A stretch of DNA of 64,000 nt from Octopus vulgaris (GCA_951406725.2 OX597815.1:14322001-14386000); one strand, 5' to 3'. Shown: positions 38,424-53,452, counted from the stretch's first letter. Made by a program: numbers and translations. Notes: generated from the letters alone by a model not told the origin.

Positions 38424-39519
38424 ATTTAGAGACCGAGTTCAACATATAAAGTCCCATTTGAACGATCAACCGGAAGACGTTCTCGTTAAATTATCACGTG
38501 AATTGGCTGGCCATTCTTTGCTCTAGAGAAAGGGGTGATTGCAATGGACTTCGTTGACCTCCGCCGCCCATCTCCAGACCAAAGAGATTGTTGTTAATAT
38601 TCTGCACAAACAGTTTCAAGTAGAATATGGCAAGAAAGAGGGTTCTCTCTTGTTTTACCAAACACTTTCACCATGAAAATGTAGGAAAATTAAGATATGT
38701 TTGAGCTAGCATCTACTCATTTAGGATGCTTCTAGCAAATGTAATATTGCTTTAAAACAATTAAGTTCCATCTTGAGTATATTCATGTTTCGATATATAC
38801 ATTGCTATGATATATACTTGTATCATAGCATAGATTATGTGTTGATATGTATATGGTTGAAACCGCTCCTTCTATCACACAACCAAAGTAAAACTATGGA
38901 AATGTCTATTAGTAATAATTTATAGAACAGCGCAAGCACTCATCCATTTGTCGAAGACGGAGATTGAAACAGGAACCGTTAGTTCTTCAATTAATACTAT
39001 CCCAATCGATGTATTTTTCGTAACAGCATGTTACTTCATAATTCGTAGCGATATATATTTACTATCATTGAAAGGAGAAAGTTTCACTAATATATACAAC
39101 ACGAAATACGTAAAATAACGTACAAAAAATATTTCTAAATTAAAATGAAAATCAAAATATAATATATTTTTGCTATATTTTTTGTTAGTTTACATTTTAA
39201 CGTTTTTTTCTTTCGTCTGAAATCTATTTATTTACATAAATAATAGAACAGATTATTCTACGTTTGGTGAACGCTCTTTTTAACACTACTTTTACCATCA
39301 GATATGTCAGAGATAGGTAAATACGCACACTCCGTTTGTCACTCAATCTGCTGAATATAGCAGCCAAAACTATCACAGATCACACCTTTAAATAAAAGCA
39401 ATGCTGATCAATATGTTTCCTAATATAGAAACGAAGAGATTGTCACGGTAGGAATACTCTTTGTTGTAGATTTTCAACTACGATCGATCTAGGACGAGAT
39501 GACACCAGATATCACAGCA

Positions 39520-40773
39520 AGCCAACAATTGGTCCGCTAGATATTGGAGCTACCTTTCCCTTAAATTACAACCTATCGTCTTTAATTATGACACTATTCA
39601 ATGAAAAATATGGAAATGTGTCCTGGAAATATGTACGTTCGAAACAGAGACCTCACTCTCCGTTTGGCCCCTTTAAAATCTCCCCACAGATCGGATCACT
39701 GATGACCCAAAGGAAAGTGCTGAGCTTATTGCTGCATGCTATACTGACATTTTTATTGTTGAAAATCCAAATCTACCTTCTTCACCAACTCTAACATCGA
39801 ATTCCATAACATCTGTGAAATTCACACCCACAAAAAGCTTCGGCGCCACCTCGAGAATAAGCGCAAATATGTGTCTCCTGGTTTTGATGGTGTTACTTAT
39901 ATGCTTCTCAAACGTGGCGGGCTCTTCGTTTTGCACCAGCTTTCATTCTTATTTCAATTCTGCCTTAACAACTGTTTCACTCCAGAGAACTGGAAAATTG
40001 TCAGTGTCATTCTCCTCTTCAATACAGGTGATCGCACATCACCTGCCAACTATCGTCCAGTCAGCCTTACTGGCTGCATCGCCACACTGATGGAGTCCTG
40101 TGTCAAAGAAACACTCTGAAATTTTTGGAGCTCTCACAACCCTATTCGACCCTCGCAATTTGGATTTACCCATAACTCCAGCTGCTGTGGCCAACTCATC
40201 GAGTTTCTTAAGGACATCTTTGGAGTTACTTATGGCGGCTTCTAGGTGCATGTTATCCACCTTGACTTTTCTAAAGCCTTCAATTCTGTGCCATACAAAT
40301 AACTCATGGCAAAACTCTCTCATCGGGTGTGACAGACGATGACTATAACTGGCTGAAGTCAGAAACGTGTAACAAAACGAATAACTACCGTTAGGAATCT
40401 ACCATGCTCTGAACGTCTTGCTTCCCTGGACATGGACACATTGAACCTCAGACGTCTAGCAACTGACTTGGTAGACACCACAAGATTATCCAACAACCTT
40501 GAGCACCTTTTTTGAATTCCATATGTCATACACTTGTGGACATGCTCTCAAAAAACAACACAGTGCTCATAACTTTCGGAAGCATTTTTTCTTACTCAAA
40601 ACTGTTGAAGCATGGAATAAACAACTCGCATCAGTCGTTAGCTGTCAAGACACTACATCCTTCAAAATTTCCATGTTTCCTGAAATCCGCCAACAGTACA
40701 GATGATGGTTTTTGCTTAGTTGTAGTGCACCTGAGCACTCTATATATAACAAATTCTTTCATATTTTATGTTG

Positions 40774-40775
<2 letters not shown>
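39520..40775 (+). pseudogene. CR1-clade LINE ORF2 remnant, internally deleted near 40360
   Basis: SPGFDGV..TPENWK..NYRPVSLT (ORF 39871-40119); VIHLDFSKAFNSVP (~40250-40295); ERLASLDMDTLNLRRLATDL; RKHFFLLKTVEAWNKQ. Confidence 0.9.
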
Positions 40776-40836
<61 letters not shown>

Positions 40837-40869
40837 TGCAAGCACGTACACATACATATACATACACAA

Positions 40870-40902
<33 letters not shown>

Positions 40903-41302
40903 CCCAGATAGATATAGATATATATATATATAGTGTGTGTGTGTGTGTGTGGTGGTGTATACCTTATTTCTTTTTGATGGCAGCGACCACAACATGTGGT
41001 TGAAACTAGTAGGATAAAAGACACATATTCGGTGTACGCAACTGAAACTGCTTTGAATTATAAATATATTTTGGGCAGATATACTTCTAGGATAGATATT
41101 TTCGTTTAAAGCACTATATCGGAGTGGGATGGACACTGTCATCAGACGTGCTTCGCCCTTTTTGTGGCTTGTCAATGACGTGTACCCTATAACCTAAAAA
41201 TGTCAGGCGTTCTCGTAAATTGGTATTGAGACAACATGTCTATGAAGACATTTTTCCCACAGAGAAAAAACGCAGGATCAGGTTTTTATCATCTTAATTT
41301 TC

Positions 41303-41406
<104 letters not shown>

Positions 41407-41448
41407 CATACATACATACATACATACATACATACATACATACATACA

Positions 41449-41480
<32 letters not shown>

Positions 41481-41779
41481 GGTTTATATGGATATGTACA
41501 TATTGTACATATGTATGTGTATACGTGGTGTATTTGTGTGTATGTGTGTGAGTGCGAGTGTGTGTGTGTGTCTGTGTGTGTGTGTGTACTAAGCAAATTA
41601 TTGTACTATATTTTACTGAGATTTCACTCTAAAGTGCTTTCGTTCGGTTAAATACCTTTCGTTCATTATATTTTTTTTTTATTATTTCATATGCTGTGTA
41701 TGTTTTCTACGATTTCGTTTCTTTAATGTCAATTTGCGTTTATTTACATCACTCGTGACCATTGCGAAACACATTAACT

Positions 41780-41934
41780 GCACTACAACTCCCGAGACGT
41801 AATGGGCGAACACTTCCGAACGAGGTTCCTCATAATCACACTTATATAATTATAGACCGAGTTGAGAATTACGTCATTGGTAATGTTTAGATGAGGTATT
41901 TCATCAATATTTAAAACTAAATGGCAGGGTAAGT
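41780..41934 (+). promoter_or_regulatory. Candidate promoter motif cluster followed by a consensus splice donor
   Basis: ACTACAACTCCC (41782-41793), ACTTCCG (41812-41818), TTACGTCA (41869-41876), ATTGG (41876-41880), ATGGCAGG|GTAAGT (41921-41934). Confidence 0.35.
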
Positions 41935-42558
41935 TTTAGCCTTATCATTTATTTATTTTTCCATGAATTGAAACTCAATAATATTCTACTTTAAGATAAT
42001 AACAGTAATAAATGAAGAAATATATGAATGAGGCACTTTTTTTTTTTTACAAATTAATAAATATAGAAATAAACATTATTTCATTCCATCTTACGTTCAT
42101 AATTTCGACATTTTCACAAAGTAATAGAAAACACAGAAGAAAAAGTATGAAAAGTTATTTTTTTTTTGTTGCCATTTTTTGGTTACCGTTATATTTTTGG
42201 TTTTGTTTACTATTGGTTGATTTGTTTTTATAGTTTTGTTGGGGGTTTTTTGGGGTTTTTTTTTTCTTATTTCGCTTCTTTTACTTTAAAGAAAATTGAT
42301 CAACATAATATGATCTAAATAGCCTGTCTGACAGTTGTGGTATACGAGTAAAAGAAACATTTAGGTGACTTATTTGAAATATTCATGGACGTAATTTGTG
42401 TATTATAGCCTAAAAATAGATGAAAGTAAGTAGATATCAAACGGAATGAAAGTATTCAGAAAGAACAACAAAGAACAAAAATGGCGAACATAAAAATATT
42501 TTCAAACATCTTTATATGAGAGCGTATGCGCACGAGTTGTGTATATACTGTATGTATG

Positions 42559-42592
<34 letters not shown>

Positions 42593-42738
42593 TGTATGTA
42601 TGTATGTATGTATCTATGTATGCATTATCTATGTATATGTGTATGAGTATGTATGCGAGTGCGAGTGTGCATGAACGTGTGTGTGTGTATGTATGAATAT
42701 ATACACTTATCTGTTTGTAAGTTTATACATACACACAC

Positions 42739-42788
<50 letters not shown>

Positions 42789-42882
42789 GTATATGTATAT
42801 ATATGTATACATACATACATATATATATGTATATATATATATATATATGTGTGTATACATACATATATATATATATGTATAT

Positions 42883-42922
<40 letters not shown>

Positions 42923-42986
42923 ACATACATACATATATATATGTATATATATATATATATATATATGTATACATACATATATATAT

Positions 42987-43043
<57 letters not shown>

Positions 43044-43295
43044 AGAATCTACTATTTCGGCGTGGAGTTTTAATTGCCTGTTTACGTGCGTGTCCGTGTG
43101 ATTGTGTGCATGTCTGCGTGTGTCAGTGTGCCTATGATATATATGAATATCATATGCAAGGATGTATATGTGTGAGTGTAAGAGTAAAACTGAAGACGTT
43201 TGTGTGCGAGAAAATTTGACTGTATATAGATATGCATATTTATGTGAATGATTCTATTTATGTTTGCATCTCTGTATAATTATGAATGTTTATAG

Positions 43296-43385
<90 letters not shown>

Positions 43386-43890
43386 TTGGTTCCAACTGAC
43401 TGTCGACTGTAAGTCGAGTTGACCGTAAGTCGGCCTATAGGTCTACATAGCTTTGTTTTATACTTTTATATTCTTAAGATGCATTCTAAGGTAAAATTCA
43501 CACACTACATTCTGTATTATACCATTATACTAGCGTTAGTCAAAAATTTCGGAGTCTCAAGCAGTTGTGTTTTAAATAATTCGAGGTTGCCTTGATGTCT
43601 CTGCGACACGATATTCATCCAACACCTGGAGTAACCAAAGTGGCGATCGTTAACCAAACCTAAGGGGAGCGTTTGTTAGCTGACATGACCCTAGATGGGT
43701 TAATTTCTAAGAAATTAAACCCTTTAGATTTAAAGTGGACAATTTATTTTTCATGCCGGGAGCTGGCGTGCCAATCGCCGTGGCGTCCATCGGTCGTAAA
43801 TCAGATAGGTCGTGAGATGATGACGACCTGTATGCATATATATATAGATAGATACATACATATATGCATGGGTATGTATATGTGTGTATG

Positions 43891-43943
<53 letters not shown>

Positions 43944-43982
43944 GTTACAAAAAGAAAATAGAAACTACACGTGGAAATGTAA

Positions 43983-44519
43983 GGGGAAAGTAAGAAAAAA
44001 ATAAGCGAAAATGCACACTAGAAATCAAAACAAGTAAAGGCTTTTTATGAAAAGTAACAATAGATATATACAATTAGATGAACTGAGGTAGAAATAAAAG
44101 TAATAAAAGGCATTATTGTGAATTATTAAAGAGATTTAAAAGCATACCGGTTTCGTAAATTTCTAATCATTGCTTTGAATACAACTAATCATTGTTTTCA
44201 ATGCACACCGATTAATGAACGGTGTTAGTTCTATTAGTCCCTGAAAAAAAAAACTACTTACACATAATCATTTTTCTCAGGGAGTAATGGACCTGACACT
44301 ATTCATTATTCGGTGTGCATTCAAAGCAATGATTAGTAATTTACGAAACCGGTATGCCTTTAAATCTCTTTAACAATTCACAATAATGACTTTTATTACT
44401 TTTATTCCTACCTCAGTTCATCTTATTGTATATATCTATTGTTACTTTTCTTAAAGAGCCTTAACTTATTTTTGATTTCCAATGTGCATTTTCGTTTAAT
44501 TTTCTTCTTATTTTACCCA

Positions 44520-44522
<3 letters not shown>
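43983..44522. mobile_element. Fold-back element (~260-bp arms) with HHR-like motifs
   Basis: 43983-44250 is the reverse complement of 44270-44522. GCA-TTCAAAG..GTAA-t-TTAC-GAAA-CCGG-TA-TGC at 44317-44357(+); the left arm has GCA-TTGAAAA on the minus strand. Confidence 0.78.
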
Positions 44523-44579
<57 letters not shown>

Positions 44580-45123
44580 TCGTAAGAAGAGGCATAGCAT
44601 CACCTTTACTTCTTTTAATATATACTAGCGTGAGTATTTAAAGGAACTAGAGGTAAACCTATTAGGTATTTCTCAAAACTTTATTCCAAAGACGGGGAAG
44701 TGTAGCCTGTGTTGTTTCTGTATGGAAATATACTCGCTCATCCGCTACTCATTGAAAAGTGAAAGAAATTGGAATACGATGATTACTTAATGCACTTTAT
44801 ATATGCATTTTATATACTTTATTCACAATTTTATAGACTTAATACACAGCACTCATGAAATAAATATGCACTCTTATGTTTCCATCTTTCCCATAAAGGA
44901 AAAAATATCCAGTACATATGATACAACCTTTAATTAAATAGCATATATTTGCCACGTAAATAAGAGTGAATATTTCATGGAATTGCACTTGTTGGCGTGT
45001 GTTAAGTGATAGGTGATATAGAAATAAAACTTAGTTCAATTAAAAAAATACACTTTTCACTTTTCACACGTGTATGTGAGTATGTATATATGTATATATG
45101 TATATATAAACATATATATATAT

Positions 45124-45210
<87 letters not shown>

Positions 45211-45519
45211 TGTATGTATGTATATATATATGCGTGTGTATGTATTTGTGTATACGTGTGTGTGTATGTAAGTGTGTATATTTGTCTGTAGACATATGTG
45301 CATGTGCGTATGTGTATGTAAATGTGTATATTTGTGTGTATGCACATGTACATAGGTTTACATGGAGACATATGTATGTATGTCAATATGTGTGTGTTGG
45401 TGAATGTGCAAATGTATGTGTATGTATGTGAGTACGCATGCAGGTGTGTGTAGGGGTGTATGTCTGTGTGTGGACGTGTGGATGTATCTGTAAGTATGTG
45501 TGTGGATTTATATGTGCAT

Positions 45520-46385
45520 GTGATTAGGTGGGGCTACACCGTGCCAGCTGTGAAGGATGAATTAGGTGACCTCAGGTCGAAGGATTAACAAATGTCATCT
45601 TTTGACAAGAACTCAACATTTTTTACCACTCCTAATACAGTAACCCATCTCTTTATTCTTCTTTCCTCATAGACTAATTCCTTCTCCCTACCATTTTCAA
45701 TTACGTTTTGTCTCTTCGTCTTACTCTTCACCGTACTCCATCCTTCCTCTTGTTCTACTCCATGTTCTCTTTTCTTTTCCCGCCTTTTTCTTTCAGTGAA
45801 TTTTAGGGCTTATAAATCTAATACTCTCCTACCCTTCCTTAATACCGGTTCCCACATGCTACGCATATCTGCACTCGGTCTGCATGTGTCCTAGCCTATG
45901 TGCTGCTTCTTTTAGTTTTCGTATTTTCCAGTGGTGTTCTCAGTCTATTATTTTAACTTCATCCCACAGGGGGAGTTGGTCTCCATTTTTCCATACATGA
46001 TCAGCTATACCCGATTTATCAGTATCTCCTCATGCCACAGCTTTGCGATGTTCGTCTATCCTTATTTTGAGGGGACGGCATGTTTCGCATTTGTATAGCC
46101 TACCACAGCTGCATGGGATGGTGTACACGCAGTTTTAGGTTATATTCTCTTCTATTGGTGGTTTTACTCGAAGGAGATATTTGCGAAGTGTTCTATTACT
46201 CTTGAATACTGTCCTGATGTCATATGGGCCGCATATCTTTTGTATCTTTTCGGAGAGGCCTTTCACATAGGGTAGATAGGCTGTGGACAGTTTATTAGTT
46301 TCATCCTCTCTTTTCTTCATAACTGGAGTGGGCAGTATGTTTTTGGGATAGTTGTTGCTTAATAGATTGTTACTTAGTTTGATCC
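45520..46385 (-). pseudogene. Penelope/Poseidon-type PLE 3' part (GIY-YIG endonuclease plus 3' UTR)
   Basis: NNYP..LPYVKGLSEKIQKICGPYDIRTVFKSNRTLRKYL (ORF 46135-46320), then CVYTIPCSCGRLYKCETCRPLKIRIDEHRKAV..SGIADHVW..RKLKEA. Confidence 0.9.
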
Positions 46386-48018
46386 TCTATATATACACAG
46401 ATATACATATATACATATATATATACTTATATATGCATATATACATATATATGTATATATATATATATACATATATATATATACACATATATATACATAT
46501 ATATATACACATATATATACATATATACATACATATATACATATATAAAAATATGTGTGTGTGTGTGTATGCATGTATGGATATACACATATATTGTTTC
46601 ACATTGATTTCCATGGCTCTGAACTGCCTCCGAAAGCAGGAATTTCCATTTTGAGACATTTTCAGAGAGGTTTTCAGAATATGAATAGCTTTATATAGTT
46701 TTAACTTAGCGATAAGAAGTTATTATGGTTCAAAAAGTGAAAAAAGAAGCCGAATTTTCACATTTTATCCATCTTTTATCCATCTTTGACACATATTCTC
46801 TACCCATTACACAAGACAGCGAGCTTTAGAATGAAGAGTCAATTTATGTGTCCTGTTAAGATTTCGAATTAAAAAATAAGCCACAAATCATAAAATCATA
46901 GCAATACATTTATTCATACAGTGATTCATAGGAATAATCAATCAAAGGATCGAATAAATCAGTACATTTTGAATAAACCCAATAGGCACATCTTTTAGAA
47001 CAATTTTTTTTTGAAGTTCCAGTCTTGTATAACACGGTATCTGTTACCTCCTCATATCAAGATTTAACTACAGTCATTCAGTACTACAATATGTTTCTTA
47101 AACAGCATTTTTCTTTTCTGAACTAAATAGCATGTTTTAGTTTGTTGTTTTTTTTTCCTTATTCTCTTTTGTGTCCTTAACACTTTCGGCTGCTATCTCC
47201 CTGTCATTTAACTAATTTTATATTAACAGCTAATCATCCCTAATTATAATGCCACTGAGCTTAGATTCTGGGGAAAATCTTTTACGGCTGAAAATTAGAT
47301 CCATAACTGTTGAATTTCTTCATTTTCATCACTGAGTATTTTTTTCTGAAAATGTACAAGAACTGGATGCGGTCCAACATTTTAGGATTGTTTTATATTT
47401 GAGTTCTCACTACGCTGTTATTATCATGACAATCACTTGCTTCGCTTCAACTTTTAGGATGTCTTCATCACTATTCATACTAAATTATATTTTGAAAAAC
47501 ATTTTTTTTTCTGTAATAGGTTTACAAAGAGCCAGTTTTTTCTACTTACCAACGGATGTAAAATTGCTGTGCAATTCGGCAAAAGATATTCGACCAAACA
47601 TTATCTGAATAAGGCAAGAAATTTATGTGAATTATTACGAGTAAAATATGGGTAATTTTGGACTGCCTTTTTGTGTTTGATAAAGTATCGGTAATTTGGG
47701 GCGATAGCACACGTGCGGGTAAGAATTAGGTAGAAATATTTACCTTGTTCATTGGAACGAAGGTTTGGGGTACTAAGAGTCAAATTTTAATTTATAAGAG
47801 TTAAATTCTAATTCGTTATAATGAATTTCGTTATAACAAAAGTGTTTAATGTGTTTTAAAGGGTGATAAGGAAATGAAAAATTTGTCGGGAACATATTCG
47901 TTATATTGGAAGTTTAGAATTATGTGTATGTATGCATATCTATATATCTATCAATCTATTTATATATGTGTATATATATATATATATATGAATACATATA
48001 TGTATATATATGTATACG

Positions 48019-48074
<56 letters not shown>

Positions 48075-48277
48075 ATTATATTAAATTAGAGATAAAACCA
48101 CTATTAGTCGAATCAAACAATAAAAAACTTAAGCCAATTAATTAATTTATATCATTTTAAATATATATCAAAAGTATTAAAAGTTTAATGAGTAAAAGTA
48201 AAAAGTGTTTACTATAAAATTGGATTCAATCCTAAATCTTATTTTCCCTGTAAGTTTGGATTTATTCCCTAATATGT

Positions 48278-48340
<63 letters not shown>

Positions 48341-48407
48341 ATTGAGAGTACTACTATTCGTAGATACCAACACGCTAAGAGGGACCAATGCGGTCAAAAC
48401 TACTAAA

Positions 48408-48494
<87 letters not shown>

Positions 48495-49286
48495 TATGCT
48501 TATATGCACGGACACATATGTACATATATGGATACATACATACACATAAATACATACATACATACACACGTACGTACGTGCGAGGCATGCGTGCGTACGT
48601 ACATGGCATGAGTGCATATGTTCATATATATTAGAACTTATTTATCAGGTGATACCGTCGCATTGTTTCAATACATTCTTGTATTTCTTCAAATGGAGGA
48701 TATGATGGTATTATTGGTTGGTTGTTTGTTTCCGATGAGAGACAGCTGGATGTATATATATACAGAGGTAGAGATATATGGTGTAATGGAAACAAAACTA
48801 GCAATGTTGTAGGAGACGGAGACGAAATAGTAGGGAGCGGGTGTGGAGTACAGAAGCTATATGAATGTATCCGGTACCGGAGTATATTTGAACAAATATA
48901 TGATATTTTAGTGTGATACACATGAAAGTGGAAGTTAAGGAAAAAAAATATAACACGTAAACTCCTCATATACAGATATACATTCGTGTGTGTGAGAGAG
49001 AGAGAGAGAGAGTGATTGTGTGTTTGCATGAGGGGGATTGTGTGTTTGTGCGTGTGTATATATAAAAGATATAGATTTTCATATATGTATATATCCGTGT
49101 ACATGCATCCATATTTCCAACGTATGCACATACATATATACATATTCATCTGCATATATATATATATATATATATATATCTGTGTGTGTGTGTGTGCATA
49201 TATAGACATATACGCACACATAGATATAGAGATAGATTTATATATATATATGTATGTATATAAATACCTATATGTGTGTGTGTGTG

Positions 49287-49332
<46 letters not shown>

Positions 49333-49904
49333 TATATATATATATATATATAAATGTATGTATGTATGTATGTATGTATAGATACAGAGGAAACGATCGT
49401 GATTGGGCTACAGAGTGGGAAAAATACAGAGAACGAAAGATATTAATGAACCAAGTGTGATATATGAGATACATACCGAATAAAGGTTTTCTCTAATATA
49501 TTTCCGGAAACGGAAGTATGCCGTCAAATAATCTATCCGAAAATAGATTTCGTCTGATGTATGTATCTGTTTCACAATATATCCATTGCATTACTATCAA
49601 ACAAATCCGTCCAAAGATGCATTTCTGTGATTCTCATACACCAACCATATTTCATATAACCATTTTTAATGTATTTCTCATATTCAGGCTTTTTGTAGTC
49701 AGATTTCTTTGAGGACAGCGATTATTTTTGTTTGTGTTGAAATTTGTCCTTTGTATTCTTCATTTTTATTTTTCATTCTTTTCGTTAATATTTTTGTTCT
49801 CTTCCTCGAGTTTGACTTTTGCAAGCGACTCACAGTTCAAATACTCTGTGTACAATTCATTAATACATATTCCATTTCGAAAAGCATGTCGCAGTGGTTG
49901 GATG

Positions 49905-49981
<77 letters not shown>

Positions 49982-50157
49982 GTAGACATACAGATACACG
50001 GACAGTCATTTACATATGCTTCTGTGAAGCAATGTATTTGTCTGTATGTATGCATGTGTATCAATATACATATACTTATATACACACAGTGTGTATGTAT
50101 ATGAGTATATGAATATACATACATACATGCATATATATATATATATATTTATATGTG

Positions 50158-50209
<52 letters not shown>

Positions 50210-50699
50210 ACAAAGTGAAGTTGCAAGGTACTGCACGAATGGAAGTATATATGAAAGAAGGTTTGAAAAGGCTATTTTAAAGATTGGCTTGACCGATTTC
50301 ACTTTCTTAGAAAAAGACTGTCAAAATAAAATGTAAAGCTTTTTATAAGCTTTGTTGTGTTAAGTGCTGGCTATCATAAAAGTATTAAAATACAGTTATG
50401 CATTCTTTGATAATAATAAGAAAATGTTTAAAACAGCTTACCAGAAAGTATTTAAGAAAGTATTCAGAACGGGACTACAAAAAGTATTATGAGTTCAATA
50501 AAAATCATGTTTGTTTGGTAGTAAATATATATACATAGAAGGAGATATTTTTAAGAATTTACAAAAAATTGGAGTACTAACATATCTTTCTGACATTTTC
50601 TGTATATTATGTGTATCTAAGGAATGTTTGCTATTTTAAGGGACAATGTGGGAGGTTGGTTGGGGGGATTTTTTTATCTTTGGTCTAGTCGGTAATGGT

Positions 50700-52130
50700 T
50701 CAGTGGTATTTAGTACTGGTCTTAGAGGTCAGAATGGTATGAGTGTGTGTGTCTCTGTGCACGTCTCTATGTGTGTGTATATACATGTGCTTGAGTTTGT
50801 GTGTGGGGCCGTCTTTGATTGGTCCCAGCGTTTATTGTGGTATGTGTATATGAGTCTGTGTATTTTATATTTGGTAAGATGGTGTGTGTATATGTGTGCA
50901 CGTTTGTGTGTGTGTGTATGTGTGTGATTGATATTTTGAGGGTGTTGTGTGCGCGAATGTGTGTATGTGTTAGTTCGCGTGTGTGTATGTGTGCGCCTGT
51001 GTGTGTGCGTGTGTATGTTTGTGTGTTTTGTTTTGGTGGGGATGTTCTGTGTAAGTAAGTGAGTGTGTGTGTCTCTGAGTAAGTTTGTGTTGTCATAATT
51101 GTCCTTGTGGTGTGTGTGAGAGAGAGCCACCGTATGTGTGTGAGGATGCATATGTATGTGTGCGTGGCTATGTGTGGGTGTGTATGTGAGTGTGTTGTAT
51201 TTAGCAAGGGTTCTGTGTGTGTCCGTGTGTGTTGGGTTTATCCAGGTGGTGTGTATGTGTGTGTGTTTACGTTATGTGCATGTTGGTATGCATTTGTGTG
51301 TGTATATATGTGGGTATGGTTTATGTAGTTTCCGGGGGGGGTGCATATGTGTGTGTGCTGTATTTGTGAGTGATTTGTTTTGTTTGTATCGTGTGTCTCT
51401 GAGTATGTTTGTATGGTTAGTGTAGTGTGTGTGTATACGTGTGGGTGTGTTTATATGAGTGTGTCTATGTGTCTTGTATTTGTCGGGGAGGTGTGTGTCA
51501 TTGTGTGTGTGCTTGCCTGTGTGCATATGTGTATATCTGTGTGTCTGTGAGTGTTTGCTGTGATCGTTGGGATTGTATTGCGTGTGTTTTTCTTTTCAGT
51601 GTGTGTGATTTTTTACTGGGGAACAGGCGTATTGTGTTTGTATGTGTGTGTGTGTACATATGTGTTCATATATGCGTGTATGTTTGTGTGGGCTGTGTTG
51701 TATTTGTGTGTTTGTATGTGTATCTGTTGGTGTGTTTGTGTGAATGTGATTTGTAATTGTCAGGGTGGTGTGTGTAGGCGTGTGCATGTACGTGTTTATG
51801 TATGTGTGTATGTGTGTGTGAGTGTTGGTTATGGTTGCTAGAATCGTATTGCAAGTGTATATATGTATGTGTTTTTTCTTGGAATGTGTGTAGGTTTGTA
51901 CTCTAGGGTGGAGGTATTGTGTTTCTGCGTGTGTGTATATTTATGTTTGTGTTTCCGTGGGAGGTTTGCATTGTATTTTTGTGCGTGTCTGTGTAGGATT
52001 TTGTACATCTGTATGTGTTTCTGTGCATGTTTGTTTTTGTGGGTGTATACCTGGTGGGGTATGTTAGAGTATGTTGAGTTGTGGTCTGTATTTTTGAATA
52101 AGATTATTTTCCCTATTTATTTGGATTTGG
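50700..52130 (-). repeat. 1.4-kb degenerate (CA)-rich tract directly downstream of the PLE endonuclease; probably its 3' UTR
   Basis: Low-complexity GT-rich plus strand, contiguous with the PLE remnant at 52130. Confidence 0.6.
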
Positions 52131-52960
52131 TCAGTGGTGTTGTCTGGGCATTTTTATAGTGGGAAAACTAGGAATTTGGGAGACTTGTGTTGTGCACAGA
52201 GATCTAAGTGACCACTAAGTAATATCTGTTTTATGGTAGGATCCCTCAATTGTTGGCGGTGGACTGTCATCCTTTCTCTGAGAGTAAGTCTCGTTTGCCC
52301 TATGTAATCTTTGTGGCACCCTTCACACCTTATGGCATAATGTAAATTTTTTGATGCGCAGGTGAAGTTAATCTTTAGGACAAAATTGTGTCCCGATTGT
52401 AATATGTATATGGTTCCTTTAAGAAGGTGGATGCAAGTCCTGCAGTTGGAACGACCACATTTTTTGACGGTGGGGGTGGGCTTGTGATGGGTAAATTTGC
52501 ATTGATGAGTAGATTTTTTTATGTATTTGGGTTGTCTTTTCCGTTTTATTATTTTATGTTATGGGTTTCGAGTACTTTTTTTAGACATGGATCTTGACTC
52601 AGTAGTGGGATGTTCTTGTATATAATTGTGTAAACTTCCGAATTTCTTGGATTGTCTGTTGAGAGGTATGAGAGACTATTAATGTACTATGAGTGAGTTT
52701 CAGTATTCGTAAGTCTTGGGTATCGATTGTCTTGGCCCGTTCTATTCCATTATCGACTAACGATGCTGGACAATGTCTTTCGAGAAGAATTACCTTTAGT
52801 TCTTGGAGTCTTTTATTCCGTGTTCTATAATTTGAGACAATTGTACAGAATCTTCTTGCTAGGTTAAAGGGGAATTTCTCTTCGTGTGTTTTGGGTGATT
52901 GGAGGTGAACAGAAGGTATTGTTTTGGAATCAGTTGGTTTGTAGTGGATATCAGTTTCAA
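52130..52960 (-). pseudogene. Penelope-like (Neptune-type) RT C-terminus plus GIY-YIG
   Basis: IETDIHYKPTDS..PFNLARRFCTIVSN (ORF 52599-52979); KKCGRSNCRTC..FTCASKNLHYAIRCEGCHKDYIGQTRLTLRERMTVHRQQ. Confidence 0.9.
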
Positions 52961-53400
52961 TGTTGGAGCCTGCCAACATCGAAATAACATCACGGCAAAA
53001 GAATGCGACTACCTAAGAAATTTTAATTGCAAAACCAGCATCCTCTACAGGCTTCCAAACATCCATAAGAGTAAAATTATAGCAAGAGTAAAATAATAAA
53101 AGTCCACTTCAATCTGCATCGCTGTACCACATCCCACTGATGTCAAACTGAAACCGATTGTAGCAGGCCCAATTAAAGCTAGCATTGGTTTAACGTTAAG
53201 AAGAGTAGGATATTTTCCTTGATTTTTCAAACGGATCATCACATGGAGAACTGTGTTGACCTCCATTGATCGGCTTGAGATATTGTTAAGCAACTCAGTT
53301 ATTCTCATACTCTTCTTAACACAAAGCCAATGGTAGCCTTAATTCACAAATAAAGAAATTATTTATCCAGCAGTGCGATGTTGAGCACTCATTCCAACGT
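52960..53400 (+). pseudogene. Inverted upstream fragment of a PLE RT
   Basis: KECDYLRNFNCKTSILYRLPNIHKSK..LKPIVAGP (cf. FYGLPKIHK..LRPIV). Confidence 0.8.
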
Positions 53401-53411
53401 TCCATATATAC

Positions 53412-53451
<40 letters not shown>

Positions 53452-53452
53452 C

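Noticed and set aside
43190-43222. CTGAAGA...GAAA hits here and at ~19842, ~25498, ~28601 and ~53137
   Set aside because: No convincing stems I and III; expected by chance in AT-rich DNA.
46900-47930. Possible pogo/Tigger remnant (repeated ttcgttata motifs at 47810-47905)
   Set aside because: No matching opposite TIR identified.
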